DNA of 64,000 bases from Ignavibacteriota bacterium (GTDB lineage Bacteria > Bacteroidota > Ignavibacteria > UBA10030 > UBA6906). Below the pieces are notes generated by a model, which was given only the letters and a program-made list of their open reading frames with translations, had not been told where the DNA came from and did not search any database. The DNA is taken from contig CAVVIT010000007.1 in NCBI GenBank assembly GCA_963748405.1, positions 402,703 through 466,702 on the forward strand, written 5' to 3'. Shown here piece after piece: positions 27,501 through 37,784 of this stretch (position 1 is the stretch's first letter; the number at the start of each line of letters is the position of its first letter). Made by a program: the position numbers and the translations under genes.

Positions 27501-30113
27501 TCACCTCCGCCTCGTGAAAACGGTGCGTAGTTCTTCGTCCGCCGGAAAATCCCACGAAGCGGGAAGTTCCGGGCCGTGCGCGTACCGGAATCCGGCCTCC
27601 TTCAGCCCCTGGAGGACGAGCCTGAGCGTGCAGTGCATTCCCCCGGGAAGCTTCCCCGTCGAAAGCGTGCAGGTCTTGCCGTCGGCGGAGACGCGGACGT
27701 CAAGCGACAGGCTCCCGCATTCGGTCGGGACGCGGTCGAGGCGCAGCCGGGCGCCGTTCGCGTACCAGGACGGGGGGACCCCCCCGAGGACTTCCACCGT
27801 ATCGGGCCGGTCGTTGGCGATCATGTCGCGCAGTAGGAGTATGAACAGTGCGCTCGCCGTGGCGTCGGAGGCGTCCCCCGATGTGCGCGTTCCCACGTCT
27901 TTCGGGAGCTGTTCCTCGAGCCACGTCCCGAGCGGGGAGGCGTGGTTGGCGACGGCGTAGAGTATCGTCTCCGCCCGTGCGTAGTTCCGCTGGTAGACGT
28001 GGACGATTCCTTCCTGCGCGGTGAAGAACGGCCAGATCCCCTGCCTCAGCCACCCGACGTCCTGGTGAATCCCTTCCGTGGTCTTTGCGTCGAGCATGGC
28101 GAGCGTCCCGTTCAAGAGCGGATCCCCGAAGGGAAACAGGTGGCCGAACGCCTGGGCGTCGAGCATCCCCCAGTTCGCCTGCTGCGGAATCGTCGTCGAC
28201 GACGTGTCGCCGACCCTCATCGGGAGATACAGATTGCCGTGGGCGTCGCGCCGCGCGTCTCTCATCGCCGCCTCCCGGAACGAGCGCATGAGATCGGAGG
28301 CAAGCGCGTTCCACGACCGGGCGCTGTCGGGGAGTCCCAGCGACCACGCCGCCCCGACCGCAGCAGAGAGGCCGTTCAACGACCAGAACGTGGTGCCGTA
28401 TTCCGCGGAGAGGCCGCCGATCCCCCCGTCGGTGAACCCGGGAGGGAAGAGCCCGTAGACGGCCGAGGAGGGATCGCTCAGCGTCTGCGCGCGCGTTTTC
28501 CTGATCCAGGACACGCCGGAGGATATGGCCGGGAGCCGGGCCCTCAGCCATCCGGTGTTTCCGGTGACCTTCGCGTACTCGCACGCGGCATACAGGATCA
28601 GGCCGGTCTCGCGGAGCATCGGGTACGGTTCGCTCTGGCGGATCCTGCCGTCCGGCATCTGGTAGCGGAGGGCGTTCTCGACCGCCAGCCGTGCCGAAGC
28701 GGTATCGCCGAGCGCGGTCGCGCTCTGTATGTCCCACACCTCGTCGTGCATCCAGAGCCCGCGGTACACGCTCGGCCCCGGCTCGAACTGGAATCCCCCG
28801 TCGACCCATTCGGCGATCTGGTACATGTTCCGGATGCTCGCGTCGAGGAGGTACTGTATGGCGCTGTCGGGGACCGTGATGCGCCCGAACGGGAGCCGGG
28901 CGTCGTTCTTCCAGAATCGTTCCGCCGCCTTCCGCGCTTCCCGCAGGTCCGGCAGCCCCGCGGCGGCCGCGCGCGGGTCTCCGCCGGCGAGAACGTACAC
29001 CTGCGCCTCGGTCGTCCCCCCGGGGAGTTCGAGCGTCCACGTGTTTCCTTCCCGTATCGCGCTCCGGAACCGCGGCCGGGCGACGACGAACGGGCGTCCG
29101 GGAGCGCCGAGCGCGCCCGTCGATTCGTCGAATTCGAGCAGTCGGCCCGTCGCGACGGTGACCACCGGCGTGATCCGCCTTCCTTCGAACCGGGCAAGTA
29201 TCCCGTCGACGCGGGTCGAGGGGGCGCCGGTTTCGTTTTCGAGCCCGCACGACCAGGCGATCTCGGCCCGACGCGTCCCCTCGCCGCCGATGACGTCGGC
29301 CTCGGTGATCCTCGTGCCGGGGGAGAAGACCCAGAAGGCGTTCAGTATCGTGTTGGGGTCGGCCCCCTCAGGGGAAGCGTGAACCTCGATGGCGATCTCG
29401 CCGTCATCGTTCTCGTCGCGCGCGTTGAAGAAATAGACGTAGGGGGTGTTCTTCACGTTGTCTTTCAGCGCGTCGATCGTCACCGGTGGTGCGCCCTCGA
29501 CCCGGAGCTCGAGCACCCGCTGACCCTTTGTTCCCTTGTAGGGCTCGCAGAATCCCAGCGCGATGAGCCGGGAGCTTCCCGCCGGGACCCGCACCCTGTA
29601 GAGTATCGGCCTGTTCGTTCCCCATGCGGCATTCCGGAACGCGGGGTCGCACCCGGCCGGGGGGCTGGCCCATCCGGGGGCGCCGTTCAGCCCTCCGAGC
29701 CGGCGCAGTTTTCCCCCCAGGAAGACGCCGGAGGGGCGTCCGGCCGTCTTTCCTTCGAGCGCGAACTCCTCGATCGTCCCGCGCGATTCCGCCCCGTCAA
29801 GCCGGAGCGACACGATGGGGACGCGCGGATCGGCGATCGACGGGGTTCCCGGCGTGAGCGTGACCTCCTTCGCCCCCACGGAGATCTCGGTGAGCGGGCG
29901 GACGTAGGGGCCGGGTCCGAAGTCGTAGGCGAGCGATCCGCGCTCTGTCACGACCGTCTTCTGCCAGTCCCCGGGGAAGCAGATGGCCGTCAGGTGCGTC
30001 GCGGGGGCGTAGCGGAAATCCACCGCCGGCGCACGCGTCTGGGCGTCCGCGCCGCGCGCGAGAAAACCGGCGGCAAGAAGGAGGCCAATCACCCGCAGGT
30101 ATCGTGCCGTCAT
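27501..30113 (-). CDS. Large secreted hypothetical protein with a six-hairpin-glycosidase-like C-terminal half
   Basis: 870 aa from MTARYLRVIGLLLAAGFLARGADAQ. No family is assigned. An (alpha/alpha)6-like helical pattern is seen (MHDEVWDIQSATALGD..). Confidence 0.5.
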   Translation of the reverse strand: MTARYLRVIGLLLAAGFLARGADAQTRAPAVDFRYAPATHLTAICFPGDWQKTVVTERGSLAYDFGPGPYVRPLTEISVGAKEVTLTPGTPSIADPRVPIVSLRLDGAESRGTIEEFALEGKTAGRPSGVFLGGKLRRLGGLNGAPGWASPPAGCDPAFRNAAWGTNRPILYRVRVPAGSSRLIALGFCEPYKGTKGQRVLELRVEGAPPVTIDALKDNVKNTPYVYFFNARDENDDGEIAIEVHASPEGADPNTILNAFWVFSPGTRITEADVIGGEGTRRAEIAWSCGLENETGAPSTRVDGILARFEGRRITPVVTVATGRLLEFDESTGALGAPGRPFVVARPRFRSAIREGNTWTLELPGGTTEAQVYVLAGGDPRAAAAGLPDLREARKAAERFWKNDARLPFGRITVPDSAIQYLLDASIRNMYQIAEWVDGGFQFEPGPSVYRGLWMHDEVWDIQSATALGDTASARLAVENALRYQMPDGRIRQSEPYPMLRETGLILYAACEYAKVTGNTGWLRARLPAISSGVSWIRKTRAQTLSDPSSAVYGLFPPGFTDGGIGGLSAEYGTTFWSLNGLSAAVGAAWSLGLPDSARSWNALASDLMRSFREAAMRDARRDAHGNLYLPMRVGDTSSTTIPQQANWGMLDAQAFGHLFPFGDPLLNGTLAMLDAKTTEGIHQDVGWLRQGIWPFFTAQEGIVHVYQRNYARAETILYAVANHASPLGTWLEEQLPKDVGTRTSGDASDATASALFILLLRDMIANDRPDTVEVLGGVPPSWYANGARLRLDRVPTECGSLSLDVRVSADGKTCTLSTGKLPGGMHCTLRLVLQGLKEAGFRYAHGPELPASWDFPADEELRTVFTRRR

Positions 30114-30117
30114 CGCC

Positions 30118-31503
30118 TCAGGCCTTTGTCCTTCCGGGTTTCCAGAGCTGTTCGATTTCTTCGAGTGATTTTCCTTTCGTCTCCGGGACGACGAGCCAGA
30201 CGAAAAGGACGGTGACGACGCAGAAGCATGCGTACAGGATGAAAGGGAATGCGTGGCGGAAGCTCGCCACGAGCCAGGGTTGTTCATTGATCATGGGAAA
30301 TGTTTGTGAGACGATGTAGTTCGCCCCCCAGAGGAGGAGCGAAGCGATCGCCATGCCGCGTCCCCGTATGCGGGTGGGGAACACCTCGGCGATGATCAGC
30401 CAGACGACGGGACCGAGCGACACGGCGAAGAATGCGATAAACGAGAGCACGAAGACGATGACCCAGGTCTCATGGATGTTGTTGTACGTCGCCAGGCCGA
30501 ACCCGACCAGCGAGAGGGCCATCCCGGAGGCGCCCCCGATCATGATCGGCTTCCGGCCGAACCGGTCGACGATCCGGAGGGCGACAAGCGTGAACAGCAG
30601 GTTCATCCCGCCGATGGAGATCGTCTGCAGGAGCGCGATGTCCGTTCCGCTTCCGAGCTGCTTGAATATCTCGGGAGCGTAGTACATGAACACGTTCATC
30701 CCGGTCACCTGCTGGAGGACGGCGAGAACCGCGCCGATGAGGAACGCCCTGCGGAGCCCGGGCTTCAGGAGTCCGCTGGAGGAGCCGGGTGTCTCGCGGA
30801 GCGCCTCGGTGATCGCGCCCATCTCCGATGCGGCCCGTGCGTCGCCGCCCACGCGCACAAGCGTCTTCAGGGCTTCGTCGTTCCGTCCCCGCTGGAGGAG
30901 CCACCGGGGGCTTTCCGGTATCAGGAGCGTGAGGAAAAAGAAGACGGCCGCCGGTGCCGTCGCCGAACCGAACATCCAGCGCCAGCCCGTGCTCGCGTTC
31001 CAGGCCTCGTCCCCGAGTCCCGCGATGAAGTAGTTGACGAAATACACGATGAGTATGCCGCAGACGATTGCAAGCTGGTTGAAGGAGACGAGGCGTCCCC
31101 GCTTTTCCGCGGGGGCGATCTCGGCGATGTACAGCGGGCAGACGACGGAGGCCGTCCCGATGCCGATCCCGCCGAGTATCCGCGCGATCGAGAACTCGGT
31201 GATCGTCGCGGGGATCGCCGACCAGACGCCCGAGACCATGTACAGGACCGCGGCGATGAGAAGCGCCTTCTTGCGCCCCAGCCGGTCGGAGATCAGCCCG
31301 GCGGTCCCTGCGCCGATCAGGCACCCGACAAGCGCGCTCGACGCGGCCCACCCCGTGGAGGCCGCGTCAAGCGAAAAATGAGAGCGGAGGAACCCGATGG
31401 CCCCGGAGATCACCGCCGTGTCATACCCGAAGAGCAGTCCGCCGAGCGCGGCGACGGTGCTGAGCATCGCCACGTACAACGCCGATCCCTCGTTCGATTT
31501 CAT
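30118..31503 (-). CDS. MFS sugar porter (sugar:H+ symporter, XylE/GalP-like)
   Basis: 461 aa. GRKK, the PESPRWL motif and 12 TM segments are present. Confidence 0.85.
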   Translation of the reverse strand: MKSNEGSALYVAMLSTVAALGGLLFGYDTAVISGAIGFLRSHFSLDAASTGWAASSALVGCLIGAGTAGLISDRLGRKKALLIAAVLYMVSGVWSAIPATITEFSIARILGGIGIGTASVVCPLYIAEIAPAEKRGRLVSFNQLAIVCGILIVYFVNYFIAGLGDEAWNASTGWRWMFGSATAPAAVFFFLTLLIPESPRWLLQRGRNDEALKTLVRVGGDARAASEMGAITEALRETPGSSSGLLKPGLRRAFLIGAVLAVLQQVTGMNVFMYYAPEIFKQLGSGTDIALLQTISIGGMNLLFTLVALRIVDRFGRKPIMIGGASGMALSLVGFGLATYNNIHETWVIVFVLSFIAFFAVSLGPVVWLIIAEVFPTRIRGRGMAIASLLLWGANYIVSQTFPMINEQPWLVASFRHAFPFILYACFCVVTVLFVWLVVPETKGKSLEEIEQLWKPGRTKA

Positions 31504-31520
31504 AGAGTTCCCTTTGTCAT

Positions 31521-33326
31521 TTACCCGGCCCCCTCCGGAACGCCGAACGGTTTCGCGTCCGGCTTGAGAAACGTCTTGACGACTTTCGCTTCCCTCTTCC
31601 CCCCGTTGACCAGCCGGTACGCCCCCGCGGCGGCCGGGACGATGAACGTCTCCGCATAGTGGAACCGCCGCCGCATCCCTCCAGCGGTCTCCAGCGTGAT
31701 CCATTCCCCTTCCACGACGTTCAGCACGTGGGCGGAGTCGTCGGTGGAGACGTCGATGGCCGTCGTGAATTCGAGCCTGTGGACGTCGTAGAGGTGGTCG
31801 GGATGCGTCGGGAGGTGGACGACCCGGGCGCCGGGGGCCTCGGAGAGGATTGCAGGCCGGGAGACGAGCTCGCGCGCGACCCTTTCCCCCTGTCGTTCGA
31901 AGACGAGGTTGTCGAACGCCCGGGCGATGTTCAGGGGGCGCGGTGCGCCGTCCAGGTCCATCCTCATCCAGTCGTACATCTTGAACGTGTAGATGTACGG
32001 CGTGCTGCTGATCTCCAGGACCAGGTTGTCCTTTCCCGAGCAGTGTATCGTTCCCGCCGGGATGAGGAACAGGTCGTGCACGTGCGCTTCGACGGTGTTG
32101 ACGTGCCGCTCCACGTCGACGGGCTTCCCTTCGCGCTCGCTCCGCTCGAGCTCGCGCCTGAACGCTCCGGCGTCCACCCCCTCCCTGAAACCGAGATAGA
32201 CGCGGGCACCCCCTTTGCAGTCCAGTATGTAGTACGTCTCGTCCTGTGTGATCGGCTCGCCGAAATTCCTGTGTATGTAGTCCGCCCGCGGGTGGCACTG
32301 GAGGGAGAGATTCCCGCCGCCGAAGGTGTCGAGGAAATCGTACCGTATCGGGAATTCGAACCCGAACCTGCCGGCGTGCCGGCCGAGGACCGCCCGGTGA
32401 GCGTGGAACATGAGAAAATCAAACGAGGCTTCAAGGAGCGCTCCCCCGCTCTCCAGGGCGATCCCGTTTTCCGGGCTGATGAGCTCGAACGACCATGCGT
32501 AGTTGGGCGCCGCAGGGGCGACGCCCGGTATGTGTTCCTTGATCCACTGCCCCCCCCACGGGCCGGGCTCGAACCAGGGTCTGACGCGGATGTAGTTCGA
32601 GGCCATGCGCTCGAGGCCGCTCCGGAAATCCTCCCCGTTCATGAATGCGGGCTCCTCCGGGCGCTGCGTGTCGACGAATATGTCGATATTCCCGAGGAGC
32701 GCCGCGCGCAGCCGGTTCAGGACAGGCCAGTCCACGAAGAACATCCGTTTGTACATCGTCTTCGGGTCATCGCTCGATCGTGCGCCGAAATTGGTGAAAC
32801 TCCCGCTGCGCGAGCGGAATTGGGCTTCGCACTTCGGCACGTCGGCGTACACGGTGAGCGCTCCCGCGGAGAGGAGAGAGGCCCCCATTCCGTATATAAT
32901 AGAGAGCGTTCCGGGAGCGGGGGAGGGGACCGGCGGGGCAAGAGGGTCAAAAAAGGCGGCGGCCTGCAGCGTGCATCGTCTGCCGAAGAGGGGATCCTCA
33001 CCGCCGAGGAACGGGTCCACGAGCGAGTTGATTTCCGGTTCGCTCTTCAGGGCTTCTGCGGCGGCGTGAAACACGGGACGGGCGCCCCGCCTGCGGAGGG
33101 CTTCGCCGAGAGAGGAGGCGAAATGGTCCCACAGGACGCCGACCGTTCCGTCGACGGCGATCGTCGCTTTTCCCGAGCCGATGATCGCCGCCGCGAGGCC
33201 GTCGAACCCGATGCCGATCCGCCCGGGGCCGGCCGGGAATGCAGGGTAGATGTCGTACGCGCCGGAGTCCCCCGCCTCGTGGTGCGACGGCGCGGGCTCC
33301 TGCGTGCTCCGCCTGTACTCGTTCAT
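31521..33326 (-). CDS. Type-I mannose-6-phosphate isomerase-like cupin protein with a long N-terminal domain
   Basis: 602 aa from MNEYRRSTQE. Metal-binding motifs LSLQCHPRADY and ..HVHDLFLIPAGTIHC are present. Its start overlaps the stop of the 33323..33703 gene. Confidence 0.55.
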   Translation of the reverse strand: MNEYRRSTQEPAPSHHEAGDSGAYDIYPAFPAGPGRIGIGFDGLAAAIIGSGKATIAVDGTVGVLWDHFASSLGEALRRRGARPVFHAAAEALKSEPEINSLVDPFLGGEDPLFGRRCTLQAAAFFDPLAPPVPSPAPGTLSIIYGMGASLLSAGALTVYADVPKCEAQFRSRSGSFTNFGARSSDDPKTMYKRMFFVDWPVLNRLRAALLGNIDIFVDTQRPEEPAFMNGEDFRSGLERMASNYIRVRPWFEPGPWGGQWIKEHIPGVAPAAPNYAWSFELISPENGIALESGGALLEASFDFLMFHAHRAVLGRHAGRFGFEFPIRYDFLDTFGGGNLSLQCHPRADYIHRNFGEPITQDETYYILDCKGGARVYLGFREGVDAGAFRRELERSEREGKPVDVERHVNTVEAHVHDLFLIPAGTIHCSGKDNLVLEISSTPYIYTFKMYDWMRMDLDGAPRPLNIARAFDNLVFERQGERVARELVSRPAILSEAPGARVVHLPTHPDHLYDVHRLEFTTAIDVSTDDSAHVLNVVEGEWITLETAGGMRRRFHYAETFIVPAAAGAYRLVNGGKREAKVVKTFLKPDAKPFGVPEGAG

Positions 33327-33703
33327 CGCTCCCCCGAACCGGGGCGATGGTAATCGTCGTCGTATCGCGTGATGTCCTCCTGCTGCCAGTCGCCGTACGC
33401 GACTTCGAGCACGCGCACTTCCGGTCCTGCGCTCGAGAGCCTGTGCCTCACACCGGCCGGTATCCAGATCTCCGCCCCCGGTTCCGGGTGGAGTACCCTG
33501 TCGTCGACCTGGACGATCGCGCCCTGATCGAGCACGATCCAGAGCTCCGCGCGTCCCCTGTGCGACTGGAGGCTCAGCCGCTGGCCGGGCTTCACGCTCA
33601 TGAGGCTGACCGTCACCTCGGCGTTGTGGGCGAACTGGCGGAACGATCCCCACGGGCGCGTCACGCGCCCGATGGGGGGGATGGCGTCAGGGATCGGTGT
33701 CAT
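33323..33703 (-). CDS. Small cupin protein (ManC C-terminal / type-II PMI-like cupin)
   Basis: 126 aa. RPWGSF..KPGQRLSLQSHRGRAELWIV..IPAGVRHR is present. Confidence 0.65.
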   Translation of the reverse strand: MTPIPDAIPPIGRVTRPWGSFRQFAHNAEVTVSLMSVKPGQRLSLQSHRGRAELWIVLDQGAIVQVDDRVLHPEPGAEIWIPAGVRHRLSSAGPEVRVLEVAYGDWQQEDITRYDDDYHRPGSGER

Positions 33704-33704
33704 G

Positions 33705-34298
33705 TCATTCGTGCGATTTCAGTGAATCGATGTACTCCCGGCGGGCGACGACAGCGGGACGGTCGCCGCGCCGGATGACCGCATCGGTGAAGTTCTTCGA
33801 GGCCAGCGCCTCGTAGTCGTGTCCCGCATCGGCGGCGTAGATGCCGAGGTAGACGAGGGGCTCGTTCCCCGTGTTGATCGTTCTGTGTGCCGTGCGGCCG
33901 GGGACGAAAACGAGGCATTCGCCGGCGAGGTCCGCCCCCCGGCTCCCGCTCCCGTCCTCGTTCTGCATGAGAAGGACGCCGCGCCCCCTGAGTCCGACGT
34001 AAAGCTCAGGCTCCTCCCGTTTCGCGTGCAGGTGTCCGCGCGTCATGTAGTACTCGTCGCCGACGCGCCCGGGGAGCAGCACGCCGAGCCCGCAGTGGAG
34101 CCCCCCCGTGCCCGAGGTGAACTGGCACGTCGAGACCGTGTACAGGACCGGGTCGCCGGAGCGGAGAATGGCATTGCACATGTCCCGGTCGGCGAACGTG
34201 TCCCTCATCTGGGAGAGCGTCCGGCGCGTGACGGGGCACCCGTCGATGGATCCGGCGGCAATGTCGATGCGTGATGTGATGCCGGAAATCGGGATCAT
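33705..34298 (-). CDS. Cupin-type (archaeal-type) glucose-6-phosphate isomerase
   Basis: 197 aa. TRGHLHAKREEPELYVGLRGRGVLLMQ matches the cPGI metal-site pattern T-x-GH-x-H..E-x-Y. Confidence 0.6.
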   Translation of the reverse strand: MIPISGITSRIDIAAGSIDGCPVTRRTLSQMRDTFADRDMCNAILRSGDPVLYTVSTCQFTSGTGGLHCGLGVLLPGRVGDEYYMTRGHLHAKREEPELYVGLRGRGVLLMQNEDGSGSRGADLAGECLVFVPGRTAHRTINTGNEPLVYLGIYAADAGHDYEALASKNFTDAVIRRGDRPAVVARREYIDSLKSHE

Positions 34299-35320
34299 GA
34301 TCGTTCTCGTCCCTCCGTCTGTGAAACGCCGGATGACAGCTTCCCTGCATGTTCTCTCAGCTTCGCCGTGAGAGCGTCCGTCCGGGGAATCCCCTCCCGT
34401 TCCAGCGCCAGGAGAGCGGCCCCGATGACGGGAGGGAGCGAGGGGGGAACGATCCGGATTCCGGGGAGGATCCTGCGTATCTCGGACTCGATTATATCGC
34501 GGTAGTGCCCCCCGCCGTCGACAAGCCCTCCCGCGGTCGTCAGCGGGACGTCCGCGCCGGTGAACTCGAGCCGCCGTGCCACCACCTCCACCATCCTGCC
34601 GATTTCCCGCGCGCCGCCCGAGAGGATCTCCCCCGCCACCCGGTCGCCGTTCTGCGCGCTCCGGATGACGTCGGGAGCGAGCGAAGCGATCTCCGCGACC
34701 GGGATCCTTGCGTGGTAGAGGACGCCGAGGATGTCGTCGATGTCGCTGAAATTAAACCGCGTGCGGACAACCCTTCCGAGTTCCGTCACCTCTCCCCGCC
34801 CGTCCGCCTCCATCACTGCCGCGACCATCGCCTGCATGCCGAGCCAGTATCCGCTCCCCCTGTCGTCGAGGAGGAAACCCCACCCGGTCCTGTGGCTGCG
34901 TCCGTCGGACCGCCGGCCGTACGTCGAGGACCCGGTTCCCGCGATCAGGACGATCCCTTCGCGCCCCTCGAGCCCGCCGGCGAGCGCGATCCTGATGTCG
35001 TGATCGACGTCCACGGCGTCCGGCGGCGCAAGCGCGTGTGCGCGGACCATCCTGCGGACGGTCTCCCTGTCCCCGTGCGAGACGACCCCCGCCATGCCGA
35101 GGAACATGGAGGAAACGGGAGGGAGGAGCTCCCCCGCGGCGCGGCGGGCGGCAGCGACGGCGTCGCGGATGTTCGCTCCGGCCGTTTCTTCACCCACGTT
35201 GTCGAAGTTCGACGGCCCCGCACTGCCGAACCCCGCGATCGTGCCGTCCCCCCTGACGAGGACCGCACGCGTGCGCGTCGCCCCGCCGTCGATTCCTGCC
35301 GCGAGAACGCCGTCAGACAT
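34295..35320 (-). CDS. BadF/BadG/BcrA/BcrD-type ATPase (N-acetylglucosamine kinase-like)
   Basis: 341 aa. It has the N-terminal GIDGGATRTRAVLV and the ASKHA fold pattern. Confidence 0.7.
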   Translation of the reverse strand: MSDGVLAAGIDGGATRTRAVLVRGDGTIAGFGSAGPSNFDNVGEETAGANIRDAVAAARRAAGELLPPVSSMFLGMAGVVSHGDRETVRRMVRAHALAPPDAVDVDHDIRIALAGGLEGREGIVLIAGTGSSTYGRRSDGRSHRTGWGFLLDDRGSGYWLGMQAMVAAVMEADGRGEVTELGRVVRTRFNFSDIDDILGVLYHARIPVAEIASLAPDVIRSAQNGDRVAGEILSGGAREIGRMVEVVARRLEFTGADVPLTTAGGLVDGGGHYRDIIESEIRRILPGIRIVPPSLPPVIGAALLALEREGIPRTDALTAKLREHAGKLSSGVSQTEGRERS

Positions 35321-36086
35321 ACATGTCGTTCCTGTCGGCGGCGGAAAGCTCGGCGAGAAAGTCCGCGAGCGTGCGCGTGACGGCGGCGAAGTACGCGCGT
35401 CCCTTTTCCGCCGTGGCCTTCCGGGGATTCCCCGCGCCCGTGTCGGAGGAGACCTTCGTCCACGGCCTGGGGGCCCAGGCCCAGCCCTCGCGGAACGCCC
35501 GGATGCGGTGGACCTTCACGGTGCCGGGTCCCGATTCGTCGAGCGGGAGGACGAGCCCGGGGGCGATGTGCATCATCATGCTCGTCTCCATCTCGTCCGC
35601 GTGGTCCCCGGGTTCTTCGAAAAACACCGACTTGTTGACCGCGCGGTACCAGTCGACGGTGCAGAGGTACGTCCTGTAGTCCGGCTGGATTTCCCGGATC
35701 ATCTGCCGGAAATCGTTCCCCCCGTGGCCGTTGAGTATGACGAGCTTCCCGATGCCGTGGGCGTCGATCGAGGCGGCGACGTCCCTGAGGAGGGCGAGCT
35801 GCGTGCTGGGATTCATGTTGATCGTCAGCGGGAGGTCCGTCTGGCCGGTGTTCACGCCGAACGGAATGACGGGGAGGACGGCGACCTGCGCGCCTTTGCC
35901 GGCGGCCAGCCGGGCGGCCTCCGCGGCGACGGCGGCGGTTTCCACGTTGTCCGTCCCGTACGGCAGGTGCAGGTTATGAGGCTCGGTCGCCCCCCAGGGG
36001 AGCAGCGCCACTTCCACGCGCGCGTCCCGGAGGTCGCGGTATGCCGCCTCAGCGAGTATGACCGCTCGTCCCGGCACGCCCGTCAA
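35313..36086 (-). CDS. Creatininase-family amidohydrolase
   Basis: 257 aa. [19 protein letters not shown] and ILNGHGGN are present. Confidence 0.8.
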   Translation of the reverse strand: MTGVPGRAVILAEAAYRDLRDARVEVALLPWGATEPHNLHLPYGTDNVETAAVAAEAARLAAGKGAQVAVLPVIPFGVNTGQTDLPLTINMNPSTQLALLRDVAASIDAHGIGKLVILNGHGGNDFRQMIREIQPDYRTYLCTVDWYRAVNKSVFFEEPGDHADEMETSMMMHIAPGLVLPLDESGPGTVKVHRIRAFREGWAWAPRPWTKVSSDTGAGNPRKATAEKGRAYFAAVTRTLADFLAELSAADRNDMYV

Positions 36087-37252
36087 TCATCCCCCGATTC
36101 GAGCGAGGGAATGTCGATCCAGGCTTTCTTCTGCCACGATTCCATCCCCTTCTCGGCGAGCTGGACTCCCTTGGCGCCCTCCAGGAGTCCCCAGCGGAAC
36201 GGCTCGTCCCTGACGACGTGGCGCAGGAAAAGCTCCCACTGGACTTTAAACGCGTTGTCGTACTCGTCTCCCCCCGGGACCTGCGTCCAGTTTTCGAAAT
36301 AGTTGATCGGGCTCGGGATGTCGGGATTCCATACCGCGCGCGGCGTCGCCTCGTACGGCTGTATGACGCAGTCGCGCAGACCCGCGACCGCGGATCCTTT
36401 CGTCCCGTCGACCTGGAGCGTCAGGAGGTCGTCCCGCCGCACCCTGACCGTCCACGAGGAATTGAACTGGGCGACGACCCCGTTGGCCAGGAGCATCGTT
36501 GCGTAGGCGGCGTCGTCCGCCGTGGCTTCGTACCGGACTCCCTGTTCGTCCCACCTGTCCGGGATGTGCGTGGCGCCGAGGCAGGAGACGGACGTCACGT
36601 CGCCGAACAGATTGTCGAGCACGTAGCGCCAGTGGCAGAGCATGTCGAAGATGACCCCGCCGCCGTCTTCCTTCCTGTAGTTCCACGACGGGCGCTGCGA
36701 GGGGACGGGGTTTCCCTCGAACACCCAGTAGCCGAACTCGCCGCGGACGGAGAGGATCCGCCCGAAAAATCCGGTGTCGATGAGCATCTTCAGCTTGAGG
36801 AGCCCGGGGAGCCAGAGCTTGTCCTGGACCACGCCGTGCTTCACGCCGCGGGCCTTCGCCCGGGCGTAGAGGTCGTAGGCCTCCGACGTCGTCAGCGCAG
36901 TAGGCTTTTCACAGTAGATGTGTTTTCCCGCCGCGATCGCTTCCCTGACGGCAAGCACGCGGAGGTTCGTCACCTGGGCGTCGAAGTAGACCGTGTTGCG
37001 CGGGTCAGCGAGGGCCGAAGGGACGTCCGTCGTCCACCGTGCGATCCCGGCCCGCGCGGCGAGGGCCTCGAGCTTTTCGGCGTTGCGGCCGACGAGTATG
37101 GGGTCGGGCATGATCCGCTCGCCGTCCGGGAGCTTCACTCCTCCCTGCTTGATGATCGCCGTGACGGAGCGAAGAAGGTGCTGGTTCATCCCCATCCGCC
37201 CGGTCACGCCGTTCATGACGATCCCGACCGTGTGGGTTTTCGGTGTATGCAT
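36083..37252 (-). CDS. Gfo/Idh/MocA-family NAD(P)-dependent oxidoreductase
   Basis: 389 aa. It has an N-terminal Rossmann fold ([13 protein letters not shown]) and the IYCEKP motif. Confidence 0.85.
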   Translation of the reverse strand: MHTPKTHTVGIVMNGVTGRMGMNQHLLRSVTAIIKQGGVKLPDGERIMPDPILVGRNAEKLEALAARAGIARWTTDVPSALADPRNTVYFDAQVTNLRVLAVREAIAAGKHIYCEKPTALTTSEAYDLYARAKARGVKHGVVQDKLWLPGLLKLKMLIDTGFFGRILSVRGEFGYWVFEGNPVPSQRPSWNYRKEDGGGVIFDMLCHWRYVLDNLFGDVTSVSCLGATHIPDRWDEQGVRYEATADDAAYATMLLANGVVAQFNSSWTVRVRRDDLLTLQVDGTKGSAVAGLRDCVIQPYEATPRAVWNPDIPSPINYFENWTQVPGGDEYDNAFKVQWELFLRHVVRDEPFRWGLLEGAKGVQLAEKGMESWQKKAWIDIPSLESGDD

Positions 37253-37307
37253 GTGAATTCTCCGGTGACGCGCGGCCCCGTCCGGGCGCCGCGCCGTGTG
37301 TTTTCTT

Positions 37308-37763
37308 CTAGGGAAGCTGTTCCGGTGCCGCCGTGCACTGGGGTGACGCCCCCGCGGGAAGCGGCGGGGCGGACACGCCCGCTTTCGGGAGCGTCCCGTC
37401 GAGTTCCTGCCGCCAGTGGGCGACGTCCCCCGCGGGTCCGTAACAGTAGATCATGGACATCGGTGACGTTCCGGTGTTGGTGAGCTGGTGAAATACGCCT
37501 GTCGGGATGTAGACCGCCTGGCCGGTCCGCACTTCGCGCCGCTCGCTCCCCAGGCACATTTCCCCGGTCCCCTCGACGATATAATAGACCTCCTCCTGCT
37601 CCTGGTTGTGCCAGGGGACCTGTCCCCCGGAGGGCCCGAGCGTGACGAACCCGAGCGAGAAGTTCTTCGCCTGGATCGGGGATGCGCCCCCGGCGAGATT
37701 CTGCGTCCTGCGTCGTGCCGGGTAGGTGCGCCCGGCGATCTGTGTGAGGTCGGCGATGATCAT
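37308..37763 (-). CDS. Cupin-domain protein
   Basis: 151 aa. [27 protein letters not shown] is present. Confidence 0.7.
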   Translation of the reverse strand: MIIADLTQIAGRTYPARRRTQNLAGGASPIQAKNFSLGFVTLGPSGGQVPWHNQEQEEVYYIVEGTGEMCLGSERREVRTGQAVYIPTGVFHQLTNTGTSPMSMIYCYGPAGDVAHWRQELDGTLPKAGVSAPPLPAGASPQCTAAPEQLP

Positions 37764-37784
37764 GTGTCGGTCGTGTGCGTTGTG

